Shown here piece after piece: positions 36,204-48,126 of a stretch of 64,000 nucleotides of DNA. How positions within the stretch are numbered: position 1 is the first letter of the stretch; the number at the start of each line of letters is the position of its first letter. Source of the DNA: Chlorokybus atmophyticus (lineage: Eukaryota > Plantae > Mesostigma and Chlorokybus algae); assembly GCA_009103225.1 (NCBI GenBank), contig RHPI01001517.1:260505-324504 (forward strand), written 5' to 3'. The translations under genes were made by a program, and so were the position numbers. The notes under the pieces are model-generated. The model searched no databases and was not told the DNA's origin. It saw nothing but the letters and a program-made list of their open reading frames with translations.

Positions 36204-37268
36204 TCATGCATCCAGTCTCTTTCTCCTCTTGCTGCCTCTATGCAACAATCTCCACGTAAGCTCCGCCAGCCCTTTGGGTTGCAGCCACGCTGGTCTCTTA
36301 TGCCCAACATCATCTCCCTCTCTATACTCGTAACCCAACACGGCTTCTCTCATGTGAATTGGTATTGATGTTGGGTCCAGCGCACCCAACAAGCCTCCCA
36401 CAATACACGCATTGGTATCCGTGTCCCCGCCTTTAAGTAGAACCATCTTCATGCCTTCATGAAAGGGAGTTTTATGTCTCAAGAGGTAAAATGCCATCCG
36501 AAAGGCGTGTTGCACGAAGCCGATATTCACCGTGGCGTCGATACCGTCCCATTCATCGATATCATCTTCAAGCCAGCCTCTCACCTCTTCGCATGCGTGT
36601 TGTTGGGCCCACAAAGAAGCGATATCAACAGCACCGATACTGTCACCGGGGTGGTTTATGAGATGGTGCAGCGCGACGGAGTATGTCGCATTGGCATGGA
36701 GGCATGTTTCGTTCGGGTGAGAGAGCCGTGCGTCCGACATTACGTACTCGGCGACGATATCACAGCTCGCTGCGTGGGCCCAGACCGATATCGGCATGCA
36801 GCGCATCAGCGCACCGTTCGCTTTGGACCCAACATTAACATCACCAACATGTTGGAGCATCTCACCCACACCGTTACTAAACTCCCACCCAAATGCATTG
36901 CTCGTCGTCCCGCCGATATCGAACGGTTTCGACAGATACCACTCCCGATACCTGGCAGCGATGCCCGCAACAGGGAAGATATCACCCGCCTCGGGGTTGA
37001 TATCGCTCTCAGCTAATGCGTGTGCGAGGGCGAGTAAGAGCTCCGTGTCGTCCGTGACTTGGCCTTTTCCAACATTGAATACGCCCCCGCCGGGCATGGA
37101 CATGGCGTGTGATACTAATGCTGGGGTGAGGTTGTTGTTGTCGCCACAGAACTCCAGCACGGCACCGGCGGCGTCGCCGACGGCTGCGCCGAGCAAGGCG
37201 CCGAAAGAGTGGGTGAAGAGTGAGTCGGATGTTGGGGTGGGGTGTTGGTCTGACGCTGGTGATGACAT
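36204..37268 (-). CDS. ADP-ribosylglycohydrolase (ARH/DraG family)
   Basis: Uninterrupted 354-aa frame with GAAVGDAAG, GQVTDDTE, PFDIGGT, ANGALMRC, LSHP and GGDTDTNACIVGGLLGA. An AG acceptor at 37280 suggests additional 5' exon(s). Confidence 0.93.
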   Translation of the reverse strand: MSSPASDQHPTPTSDSLFTHSFGALLGAAVGDAAGAVLEFCGDNNNLTPALVSHAMSMPGGGVFNVGKGQVTDDTELLLALAHALAESDINPEAGDIFPVAGIAARYREWYLSKPFDIGGTTSNAFGWEFSNGVGEMLQHVGDVNVGSKANGALMRCMPISVWAHAASCDIVAEYVMSDARLSHPNETCLHANATYSVALHHLINHPGDSIGAVDIASLWAQQHACEEVRGWLEDDIDEWDGIDATVNIGFVQHAFRMAFYLLRHKTPFHEGMKMVLLKGGDTDTNACIVGGLLGALDPTSIPIHMREAVLGYEYREGDDVGHKRPAWLQPKGLAELTWRLLHRGSKRRKRLDA

Positions 37269-37947
37269 TGCCTTGGTGCCTGCGATGTGCAGGGGAGAGG
37301 GGGAGAGGGGGAGGGGGGGAGAGGGTGTGGGTGGGTGGAGGTGTGCGTGCGCGTGTGCGTGTGCGTGTCCGCGTGCGCGTGTGCGTGCGTGTGGGTGGGT
37401 TTGCCTGGATGCACGCGTGCGTGCGCATGTGCATGTGCAGGTGTGCATGCTTGAGCGAGTGTGTACTGACTGCTTGACTGTCAGCGAGTCAGCCTGCGAC
37501 TGTGGCGAAACATAGATATCCACGCACGCTTGCTGTGCGACTCGAAGTGCTCTGTGTGCGTGTCAAACAACCCAGACAGCGCAGGCGGACCTTACTGTGA
37601 CATCCCTCATACACCATCCAAAACCGCATCATCTGCATCAAACAGCACCAACGCACCAACAAACACACACAATCTCCCCGACACCCTCCGCTCTGATCAC
37701 CCACCTTTTCCAGCGGTACTGGCAGCAGCCGCTTCCTGCGTGCCATCCATCCAGCCTTAGGGAACACGCCGCCCACCGACCAAGTCAACCCAACGACCAT
37801 CAACTACGCGTACCACACCCACCCAACGCCGCCACCGCCGACGATGCAGATTAGCATGTGACAATTGGGTTGTCACAGAACAGTGCGCAATGTGACTGTT
37901 TCCGCCAAAACATGCTCATAACCGGCTACCCAACCGGCGAAAGAGCA

Positions 37948-37967
37948 TAACCCTAACCCTAACCCTA
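37948..37967 (+). repeat. Interstitial telomere-like (TAACCC)3 in the ARH / U2B'' divergent promoter
   Basis: TAACCCTAACCCTAACCCTA read directly. Confidence 0.85.
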
Positions 37968-38249
37968 CTGGCGAACTAACCCGACCAGGCGGCGGCGGCG
38001 AACGACGAGGAGGCGGCGGCGGAGTAGAAGGAAGAGAAGGCCGTCACGGTGGAGGATCAGGCGAATCCAACGGCCAGACTGGGAACTCACCGACGCTTGC
38101 ACGAAGAAGAGGACGGATTCTGTCTCTCCCCAGACCGTTGGTTCGCCGCCACTGCTGCTGGCTGCGTGGTCTGGCCTGGTCGACCACAGGCGTGAGGTAG
38201 GTAGTAGCTAGGCGGGAGGTGAGGGGGACCCCACGCGCACAGGCGCAGT

Positions 38250-39317
38250 ATGGCGGACGTGGCGCCGAGCCCGACGGTGTACGTGAACAACCTGAACGAG
38301 AGGGTGAAGAAGGAGGAGCTGAAGAAGTCGCTGTACGCTGTGTTCTCGCAGTTCGGGAAGATATTGGACATTGTGGCTTTGCGCACATTGAAGCTGCGTG
38401 GACAGGCGTGGGTCGTATTCGACGATGTCGCCTCAGCCACAAACGCCCTACGACAAATGCAGGCAAATACTTCACACAACCAACACGCACAATGGCACAC
38501 TTTTGCGCTCTCTCTCGCTCTTTCGCAATATATATTTTGTGCTGTATTGTCGGCCACAGCAACAGCGCTCACATGCACGCCATGCGCGTTATTACTGCAC
38601 ACATTACCAGTACATGCTCTCGCTTTATGGAGATAAAACGACGGAGTCCTTACGTGCGTGCGCATGCATCTTTTAATAGTATTCTCTATGTCTGCAGGGT
38701 TTTCCGTTCTACGATAAGCCGTTGAGGATTGCGTATGCGAAGACCAAGTCTGACGCCATCTCCAAGAAAGAGGGCACATTCGTCGAGCGGGAAAAGAAGA
38801 AACCCGCCGCCAAAAAAGCAGGTGAGTGTGTCGTTAACAGGTTTCATGATGATGATGATGGTGATGATGATGATAGTGGCGGTGGCAGTGGCACACTACA
38901 TGGGCAGCAGTGTTCCATATGCGTGCGGTCGTGCATGAGATGCAGTGACATGCATCACGCTTGTTTTTGTTGCTACTTGCAGCTAAGAAGCCGCCCGCTG
39001 CACCAGCCCAGAGCAAACCCGCCGCTCAGGTCAGTGCTCACGCATGACACATACAAACACATACTGCCAAAGCCAACGCCAAAGCACGCATGTGTGTAGC
39101 ATACATGTCTCATGGATTGAACGATGGATAATGCGTGTAGGCCCCTGCGGTGCCGTACGGCATGGTGGCTCCCCCCGCACGGCCGTCTGCGCCTGAGGGT
39201 CCCGCCCCGCCCAACAACATCCTTTTTGTACAAAACCTCCCCACGCAGACCAACGACATGATGCTCTCCATGCTCTTCCAACAGTACGTCGTTGTCGTCA
39301 TTGTCGTCGTCGTCGTC

Positions 39318-39409
<92 letters not shown>

Positions 39410-39590
39410 GTGAAACCAATCCTACGGCAGGTTCCCTGGTTTCAAGGAGGTGCGTATGGTACCGCAGAAGCCCGGCATCGCGTTTGTGGAGTTCGAAAAC
39501 GAGATGCAGGCCAGCGTCGCCATGTCGGGACTCCAGCAGTTCAAAATCACACCCACGAACCCCATGCAAATCACATACGCCAAAAAGTAG
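38250..39590 (+). CDS. SNRPB2: U2 snRNP B'' / U1A family two-RRM protein (5 exons)
   Basis: Exons 38250-38462, 38698-38821, 38983-39029, 39141-39284, 39431-39590. RRM1 [49 protein letters not shown] (U2B''-like signature); RRM2 NILFVQNLP...IAFVEF...MQITYAKK*. Confidence 0.93.
39318..39407. repeat. (GTTGCT)15 perfect hexanucleotide microsatellite in the last U2B'' intron
   Basis: 90 bp of perfect repeat, preceded by a (GTC)n run. Confidence 0.97.
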
Positions 39591-40518
39591 TTTTGTATTG
39601 CACGCACAACCTTGCAATGCTCATTGCTCGCTTGCACACATCTGCACTATCCAGTGTGCCGCTCGGATTGGCCTGGCCTGCACACGTTGATGTGGGTTGC
39701 TGTTGCGGAGGCGTCGTATATTATGCTAATGCAGTACCATGTATTTCTGTACCGTAGCAGCCAGTATGTGTTCAACAATTGCACACTGTACAGTGGTGTA
39801 TTCATTGAATGCAGTGCAACGCCGCTGTCGTGATACTGCATAGCAATGTAAGCAGTATTGTATGGAAACAGGCGACCGTGCAGCTTGGACTTGGGGCAAG
39901 GAAGCATAGTCCAGCATCTAGGTACTAAGGTATCAGGTGATCAAGTGCGCGTAATACGCGGTTATGATAATAAGCGTTGTCATTGTACCTCCAGCAACAC
40001 AGAAGCATCTGCTGAGGCATGCACAGCGCCCATATTGAGATGATTACATGCATGTTTACCAACCGCTTGAGATGCGTGCATGTAGATGGATGGCAACTCA
40101 TGCCCAGAGCATTAGGGAATTCCACAAAATACACTACTCATAGTTTATGGAAGAATCGAGGGGCCACGAAGCAAGACTTGGACACAGCAGAGCAAAAAGC
40201 ATTGAACAACTCAAGCAGAATCAACCACAACACAACCAAGCTAAGCAACAACCAGGTATAGTATGCATGTAGCTAAAGTATGCATGCAAATCCCAGCTCT
40301 GCCGCATGACGCTCACTAACTCAGTATGAAGGGCCCCATACTATCAGTACACTCGCAATACACTGGCACACTAGGATACACAGCAGTTGCCAGTCCCCTA
40401 CCTGTTGATTGCACGAGTTGTGCAACTAGACAAGTGACAGTCACTATCTACCCAAGGCAAGTTCCACTTGTCAAGCTACGCGCATACTCGCTATAGGTTG
40501 TTGTGTCCCGCACTGGCG

Positions 40519-41948
40519 CTAGCACATCAGGTCCGCCAGCTCATGCAGCATCCCCCCGATGGTCCTGCCGTTGTAGTGTCGCATGTCCCCGATCAGGTGG
40601 TCGGCCGCCAGGCTCATGCCGTACATGTCCACCACGGGGATGCCGTGCTCACGGAACTTGTAGAGCGCGAAGGACTCGAAGAGAAGGATGCGCTGGTTTG
40701 TCGTGAAAGCCAAACGCTCCTGAGAGACACACACACACACAGGCAAAGAGCTCAATGTGGGCTACTCACACACCTTGTCCAAATCTCAGCAAGTGGTAGT
40801 CGGAACTGGGCTGGGTCAACCATGTGTGGCGTGTGTGCGCGCGTGCGTGTGTGCGTATTTGTGCCTGTGGCCGTGCGAGCACGCTTGCTGTATGCGTGTG
40901 CATGCGTGTCCATGTACGCGTGTGTGTGCGTACTGCATACAACCCGAGGCCATTGTACAGCTCCTCATGCAGTGCGAGCGTGGATCGCCACACCACCCGC
41001 GCGGGCACTCTCGTCTTAACGGCCTCCGCGAGCTGCTTGATGAAGTCTGTCCACTGATCGAACGTGAGCGTGCGCACGTGGTGTAACCCAACATTGAGCA
41101 CGATGGTGTCGATATCGCGCGACGCGGCTTTGAACAACCCTGTGAGAAGCCACTCGACGTTGGCCGTCGCGTTGAAGCGCTCCTGCGCGTTGTCAAACTC
41201 GAAACGCCGCACCTGTGTATGACAGTTTGTGGCTGTTGAACGTGTGCACTGTGCGTATAAACATGTCGCATACACGTGTATATCTGTTTCTCTCTCTCTC
41301 TCATACAGACATGTGCCTGTGCATGCGTCTGCGTGAATGTGTACACATATGCGGTTGTCCTTGTACACGCCACGTGTATACATGCCTGGATATGTGCGTG
41401 TCCATAGGTGTATATGCGCGTGTGTGTGCATCACAGACTATACATGTGTTCATAATACGTAGTGTAATGTAATGCGAGAGTGATTGGGGGAGCGGGGAGC
41501 ATGCATATTTGTGTGCGTGCATGAGTGCGCGTGCGTGTGCCATGCGCCTCACCTTGTACCATTCGAAGCCAACATTCACGCGCGCCCAGTCTTTTGAACT
41601 CGTGCCATCGGGCAAACACCGTGCAAAAGCGCTCTCGACTTGCTTGAACACCGACCCGTCACTCACGGACGCTGCATCATACCCACCAATCTCTGTCCAA
41701 AACTGCCGCAGCAGATTGGCAAACTGGTACTGTGCATCAGCAGAAACACAACAATTAGTCACATGACAAAAACAAAAACAACAACAACATTGGCTAAAGT
41801 GTGCTTACTGTCACGGAGTCGCCAACGAAGAGGAGCGTGCCGGCCGCGTGCAGCTTGAGGGTGGGTTCATCACACAACTTGCAATAGGGTTGGTAGCGCT
41901 CAAGACTATCGCTCTCACTCCTCACCCACTGCATGAAACAAGGATAGG

Positions 41949-41981
<33 letters not shown>

Positions 41982-43406
41982 CATAGCAACTTGCACTCAC
42001 GCATCGCACCTGTCCGTGGCTGATGAAGTAGCGGTCGGGTTGGGTTGCCTCCTCGGGCGGGCCTTCGCACACGCACGTTGTCGCCTCTTTACACGTTGTT
42101 GATGTTGTGTCGCGGGAGACAAAAGTGGCACGCCCTTGCAGAAGGCCCGTGTGACCCAAATGCCGCACCTCCGCCTACGCACGTTGTTGTTGGCGTTGTT
42201 GGTGGTGGTAGTGTGGGATTGGATGAGTACCTGGCTGACAAGGTCGTACTGCAGTTCGCACTCGTGGAACTCCGCCGTCAGGTACGGGTGACCCGCTTTC
42301 TCATACGCCGCGCGATCCCACCCACCTATGTACGACACAATTCGTACACGCAATCCCCACGCACACGTCACGCACACGCACACGCTGCGTGAGAGTACCA
42401 CTCCTACCTGTGAACCATATGGGCGGAGGGTCCACATATCCATAGCACAGACTGTACTCCAGTCTGGCGGTGACGTTGTAGTTGCCAGCCTCCCGCACCA
42501 ACACGTCCACAATGTAACTCCCGTCACCCGCATCAATCACCGTCGTGCCCACCTGCACGCCGCCCTCGCCGCGCAGAGAGACGTGCCAGGTGTCGCCGCC
42601 GCGGGTGCGGAGAGTGCCGTTGAGGTCCGCGCTGAGGAGGGTGAAACGAGACCACGCGCCGGCGAGGAGGGGTGTCGTCAACACCAGACGGGATGTGGAC
42701 ACGTGCGTGCGCTGAGACTCGAAGTCCGGCGTGCTCAACTGCGTGCACGTGGGTGGGTGGATGCGTGTGCGTGCGCGCGTGTGCGCGCGCGCGTGCGTGT
42801 ATATACATGCGCGTGTGCACGGGCGTGTGAAGCCCCTTTGCATTGCATGAGACTTCCATCTCAACCCACCTGTTGTGCTTGCGGTCTGAACGCCGTGTCT
42901 GGGCACACCGCCCTCATCTGCTGCCACGTCATGGGGGTGGGCGGCTTCCCCGGGCACCACTCGCACACGCTGCTGTCGCCAGCGGGGACACCACTCGCGC
43001 TCGCACTTGCAGGCGACGGCTGCACCGAGACAGGGGGAGGAGGAGGTAGTGAAGGAGGAGGAGGAAGAGGAGGTGATGGAGAAGGTGGGTGTGGAGGTGG
43101 AGCAGGTGGGTGTGGGTTAGGTGGCGGAGGAGTGAGCTGCATTGGACTTGGAGGACCAGGAGGAGGAGGACCACGACCAGGACCAGGAGTGTGTTCAATT
43201 CTCTGCAGCAGCAGGGCTTTGAGCTCGGCGGACATGTCGTTGCCATAGATGGCGGCGTCACCCGCCGCCATGTCACTGATGTCCTCCTGGCCGTCGTCCA
43301 TGTCGTGACGGACCTGGCGGACGTCCCGCAGCTCGGCGTAGAGCATCAGCGCGGCGACCAGCAGCACCACCGCCGCGTAGGATGATGCAGAGGAGAGGGA
43401 GGCCAT
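40519..43406 (-). CDS. Type II membrane protein with Pro-rich stalk, filamin/Ig-like domain and PC-esterase (SGNH-like) domain; NXPE-like
   Basis: N-terminal TM (AAVVLLVAALMLY), extensin-like poly-Pro stretch, GGDTWHVSL...VIDAGDGSYIVDV..AGNYNV (NXPE/filamin-like Ig), FVGDSVT (41815-41823), VLNVGLHH, VVWRST and C-terminal VVDMY...DMRHY. Confidence 0.8.
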
Positions 43407-45859
43407 TGCGGTCCGCCACTCTGCCGCCGCCGCCGCAACGACGACAACGACGACGACGGCGACGGCGACCAAGCCGAGCAGGAGCCACGTTTGGCGGGAC
43501 ACGTTTAGTAACGTATGCTTGATGCGTAACTTTGCAATGATTTGGTCGGTTTGGTTGGTCGTACTTTACGATTAGATGTACTTCCCTAGTGCCCGCACAT
43601 GATGTAGCACAAATGCAGCGTGTTTAGTGCGCACTGACCACTTGGCTGGTGCTTGAGACAATCCATGAGGGGGTGATGCCACTGCCGGAGGTGCATAACC
43701 TCTCATGTGATGTGTGAGTAATAGGTAATAATATGTCATGCACAAAAATGCATGCGCATGCGGAGTTGCATAGCAGGGCAAGTACAACAAGTAGGGACAT
43801 TACACCCCAAGGCACTCCCTTGCTACCCATGAGTGCTGTTATGTGATGTGCAATTAAATAAACGTTGTGAGGCACGCAGCAGGCAGCAATGGTTCAACCT
43901 AATGATGATACAAGCATGTATGCATACCTGCAACTTGTCGTGTTGATTACATATTACATAATATGCTGAGTAGTAGCGCATGCATATGTTTTATTAATGA
44001 AAACCATCATAGTACGAATGTAGCTATTACCACATTCACATTATGTCTATAAACATAGGGCCAAGTGGCAGTGTCGTCTTTGTCATCGTCGTGGTTGTCT
44101 TGCATGCGGGCGTTGGCGTGGACTTCCGGGCTAACCTCTCCTCTCCTGTCTGCAGGTTGTGCTTTACCCCTCCTTGCTGCCTGTCTTTGCTTGCTTGAGG
44201 ATTTGGTGTAGTGTAGCGTCTTGCATAGTGTCATAGCTAGTCTAAGTGTGTTCTGTGTGCTGTGCACACATTCATTTCGCTTTTATGCCATGTACGCGCA
44301 ACTCTTGTGTTCGGAATAATATACATGTTGTTGCCCACATTATCAACTTGTTACTAGCATGGTAATGGTCCAATGTTCCAAGACCGTCATGTTACATCAA
44401 CCAAGATCATTAGTCATAGGAGGGCCAAGGGCGAAAGCCGGAGGAGAGGGAAGAGGGAAGGAGGATGGACGGGGTGATACGCATCGACGTGTCCCTCCTT
44501 CCCCCACATCAGCGGGTTGGGGACACGCGTCTGCTTGATTACTGTTGCTATTAGTGGTGGTGGTGGTGGTGGTGGTGGTGTAGCGCTGTTGTTGTTGCTG
44601 TTGTAACAAATCCACCCATACCCACACACACGTGCGCACAAATACATGCACGCACTCACGCCACCGACCATGAACATGTCTGGGAACACAACCGCATGTG
44701 CCTCGACCCTCCCCGACACATGTGTTTGGCCTCGCGTGCATGTATGCAATTGCGCACCCGCACGTGCCAGCAACACTGCACCTGTCAAGGCGGCCGCCAT
44801 GCCCTCTTCTGCAACGCTCGTCAGCCGTGCAGGATTCCATACGCAAGCGCAAGCAGGGGAGCAACACGTATGCTGAACCCACCCTTAAAGAGTCACCACC
44901 AACATCACCACCAATGGCAACCAGCAGCTGTGAAGTGGAGAGCGCACGCGCCTGCACTGCAGTGCATCTTTGCAGCTAGGCGACAGTGTTGCACAGCCTG
45001 CTGACGTGCCGTCGTTTTTGTTGTTGTGCTTGTTGTGCGAGCACAATGATGACAGAAAGAAGTTGCTGGCTTGGACCTTGCTTGGTGAAGAGGATGTGTG
45101 CCAATTGGTTGGTCACCGTTGGGGCTGAGAGCTGCCTGGGGCCAGGCCTGTTGGGGGTGGGGAGTGCGTGTGCGTGCGAAGATGGCGCAAGACTAGCCCG
45201 CCACCCATTGGCTTGGTTGCAACCGAACACATAAGGGGCAGAGCATGCATGTGAGCAAAACACAATTGCACACACGCACACGCGCGCATGCATGCATGTA
45301 CTCACAGCAGCATCTCAGCCTCTGGCGGTCATGCGCTTGAGAGACGTTTGCATGCAAGTGCCGCCCAGATTGTCATTCACCCCACCCTCCCCACCAGGGT
45401 GATTGGTATTGTTCCATTCTCTCCAGCAGTGCATTGCGAGGAGGCCACGTCCTCCACGGTCAGCAGCGGCACCACCTCCCCCAACGGCAGCAACAACTAG
45501 TAGTTGTCGTAGTTGATGATGACAATGGTAGGTGATGGTGTCACCCAGTGTTGTTACTGCTACTGGCGGCAGCGGTCAGCGCGGAGAGCCGGGAAACGAC
45601 GGTCTTGTGCGCGGGGTGCTGCTCCGCCTTCGGCAAATCTCATCCACGCAGCAATGCAGCCGCTTTGTCATTATTGATGCAGTTGCCAGGCAGAGCGAGT
45701 CAGCACGGGGGAGGATGCCACCTGTGTGCGTGCGTTGGTGAAAGTGTGAGTGCGTGTACAAGTGTACGACTGTGCGTGCATGCGTGTGTGCGTGCGTGAC
45801 TTGTCACAACAATGTGGTTGGTCCAATTGTCTCTGAAGCTACAGCCACCAATGGCTTCC

Positions 45860-46560
45860 CACCTGTGACAGCTGCCGAAGGCGAGGCTCACGTTCCACAG
45901 CCTGGACAACTTTGAATGGTGGCTTTGCTGAAACCAGTTCCAGCAGCACCACACCCAGACTGTATATCAGTCAGATGCCTCTGCAAGCTCGCCAGTTTGC
46001 CAAAGCTCTGGGTTAAAATACCGAGAAACATCGCCTTGTCAGCTGACTTGACAGACCATCTGCGCATAAGCATTGCAAATTGTTCAAGATATTTTGACAC
46101 TTACTGTAGGTCTGCAGGAGCATTCTGCATGTACAATGCAATGGTGAACCGCCCACCAGGTCCAAGCCCAGTGAGGTGGGACAGTGCGTCGTCCAACAGC
46201 ATTGCAATGTAGCTGTCCGTCAGCAGCAATGTGCAACATTCGGCTGCTCTTGATGTCTTGGTAGATGATTGGGTCTGGCACTGGTTCATGGAGGTACAAA
46301 AGCCTGCTTGCAATGCAAATCAGGATGAAGTTGCTTGTGTTTACACTTGGCACCAACCACTGCACCTGCACGGCAACAGCGTGCCAAACATGCCAAGGCA
46401 GTGAAGTCTGCAGCCTTGTAATAGCATCAGGCTTGAGACAATTACAAAGACTGCCGCGAGTGCAGCAGTCTGTGACTGTGCACTGCCTTCCAGGTTCTCC
46501 ATGAGGCGCAACGATCCTTGCAGTGTGCGAGTGGTGCAGTTGCCACTGCAATTGAAGAGT
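45860..46560 (-). pseudogene. RLK/Pelle-type protein kinase pseudogene
   Basis: HHSHTARIV..GRQCTV..RGSL...LPWHV...LLYLHE..PIIYQDIKSS, then YFNPELWQTGELAEASD and IYSLGVVLLELVSAKPPF. A 2-nt frameshift lies near 45970, with a stop codon and a decayed DFG/HRD region. Confidence 0.8.
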
Positions 46561-48126
46561 GTCACGCAGAGGCATACAAATGACATGCACCAACGGGACT
46601 GAACGACACACACAACAGTGCTGGCGTAACAGTGGCGTGGCATAGATCAGGCTCATTAGAAGCAACGGCACACGTAGGAACCGGAGAGCTAACTAGAAAT
46701 CGCAACAATTCTGCAAAACAACATAGACACGGCACCAAGAGGTGCACTAAATCAATGTCAACATATACATGCGCGCACACACAACACAGGTGTTTTGTCA
46801 GTGGAAGAGGGAAAGGCCTCTCGGCCTTGCTACGCTGTGCATTGTACCGACCACCGCTTTCTCTCTCTATAACGCACCAACATGAATATTGTGCGTACTG
46901 TGCGCACACGGCCCGGTTGGGCGACTAGCAAACGTGTGTGCATTGGTCAGACCCGTGTCGCAGCTGACCAAAGCATGTGTGCGGCACAACGCGGTAGCTG
47001 TAACTTACGTCGCACAGGATGAGCCGGTTTTTGTCAGCTTGCATTGCACATGGTAACATGGGAGAATTTGTTACTCGAGAGAGAGAGAAAGGGGTCAACC
47101 AAAAGACAGGTCCTCACCATACGCACCTGAGATGGATCGGGAGTAGAGCTGCCCCGCATGGTGCCCGACCAGTCCTCCTCTGCTGCTGCTGTTGTTATTG
47201 TGCCTGTCTCCTTGACCTGACCGTCATCACGACCATAAGCAGCAGCCGCCGCCTGCTAACTTGACGCCTGCTGCCTTCCTCCTCTCAGCCTCTCTCTGGC
47301 GTAGGCGGTGGGGCTCTGACACCCTCGATCTTATCGCCTCGGTGGTTAGCTGATGGGCGGGTCTGGTAGGTGGTGTGGGTGCTGTGGGGGTGAGCAGACA
47401 GGGACTTTACCGTGAGAGTTTGAGAGGTTTTGGGCGGCGGCGGGGTGGGGAGCAGCCGAGGGCTCAGCATTCGGGGGCAGAGAGATTGCGCTTGGGGCGG
47501 GTATGCTGCAGTGTAAGGAAGCAATTGCACACTTGAAAGAGTGTTTGTCGTTGCATATCTAGTCGGGATTGTTGACACGTGCACATACATCTGGTGCATG
47601 CACCCTTGCTACCACATGCACATGCGCAGAGCGTCGGACGCTCCCTTCGCACCACATGATATTCACATACATACGCACATGGTGTGCCCCAACGTTCGCT
47701 TGTTTGCGTGTGTGCCCGTGGTTATGTGAGACGTTGTCACACGAACATGGATGAGAGTTTGAAGAGTTGTCAAGCTTGCCCACTTGCTTCGCTCACATGT
47801 TCCTATGTGGCACTCGGCAGTTGTGGCAAACCTGTAGGCGCTCTACCAGTCTTGTCCAGTCCCTCCAAAGCAAGGTCAGCTGTTGGCATTGTCAAGGTCA
47901 TGCCAGCTGTTGTTCTAGTTGCTTGCTCAGTGTACACTAGGCATTTTGCGTGATTGTTGCAATTGTTGCTTCCATACATGATAAGCTACTACTACTGATG
48001 TTGCAGAATGCATGACGATAGTTCCCGTTGAGGAAACCATGCTAACCGTCTGCACTTGCTGTTTCGCTAGTTGGCCACCTGACGTAATGTTGTGCTGTCT
48101 GTGCTGGTTTTGCAGAGACAGACACA

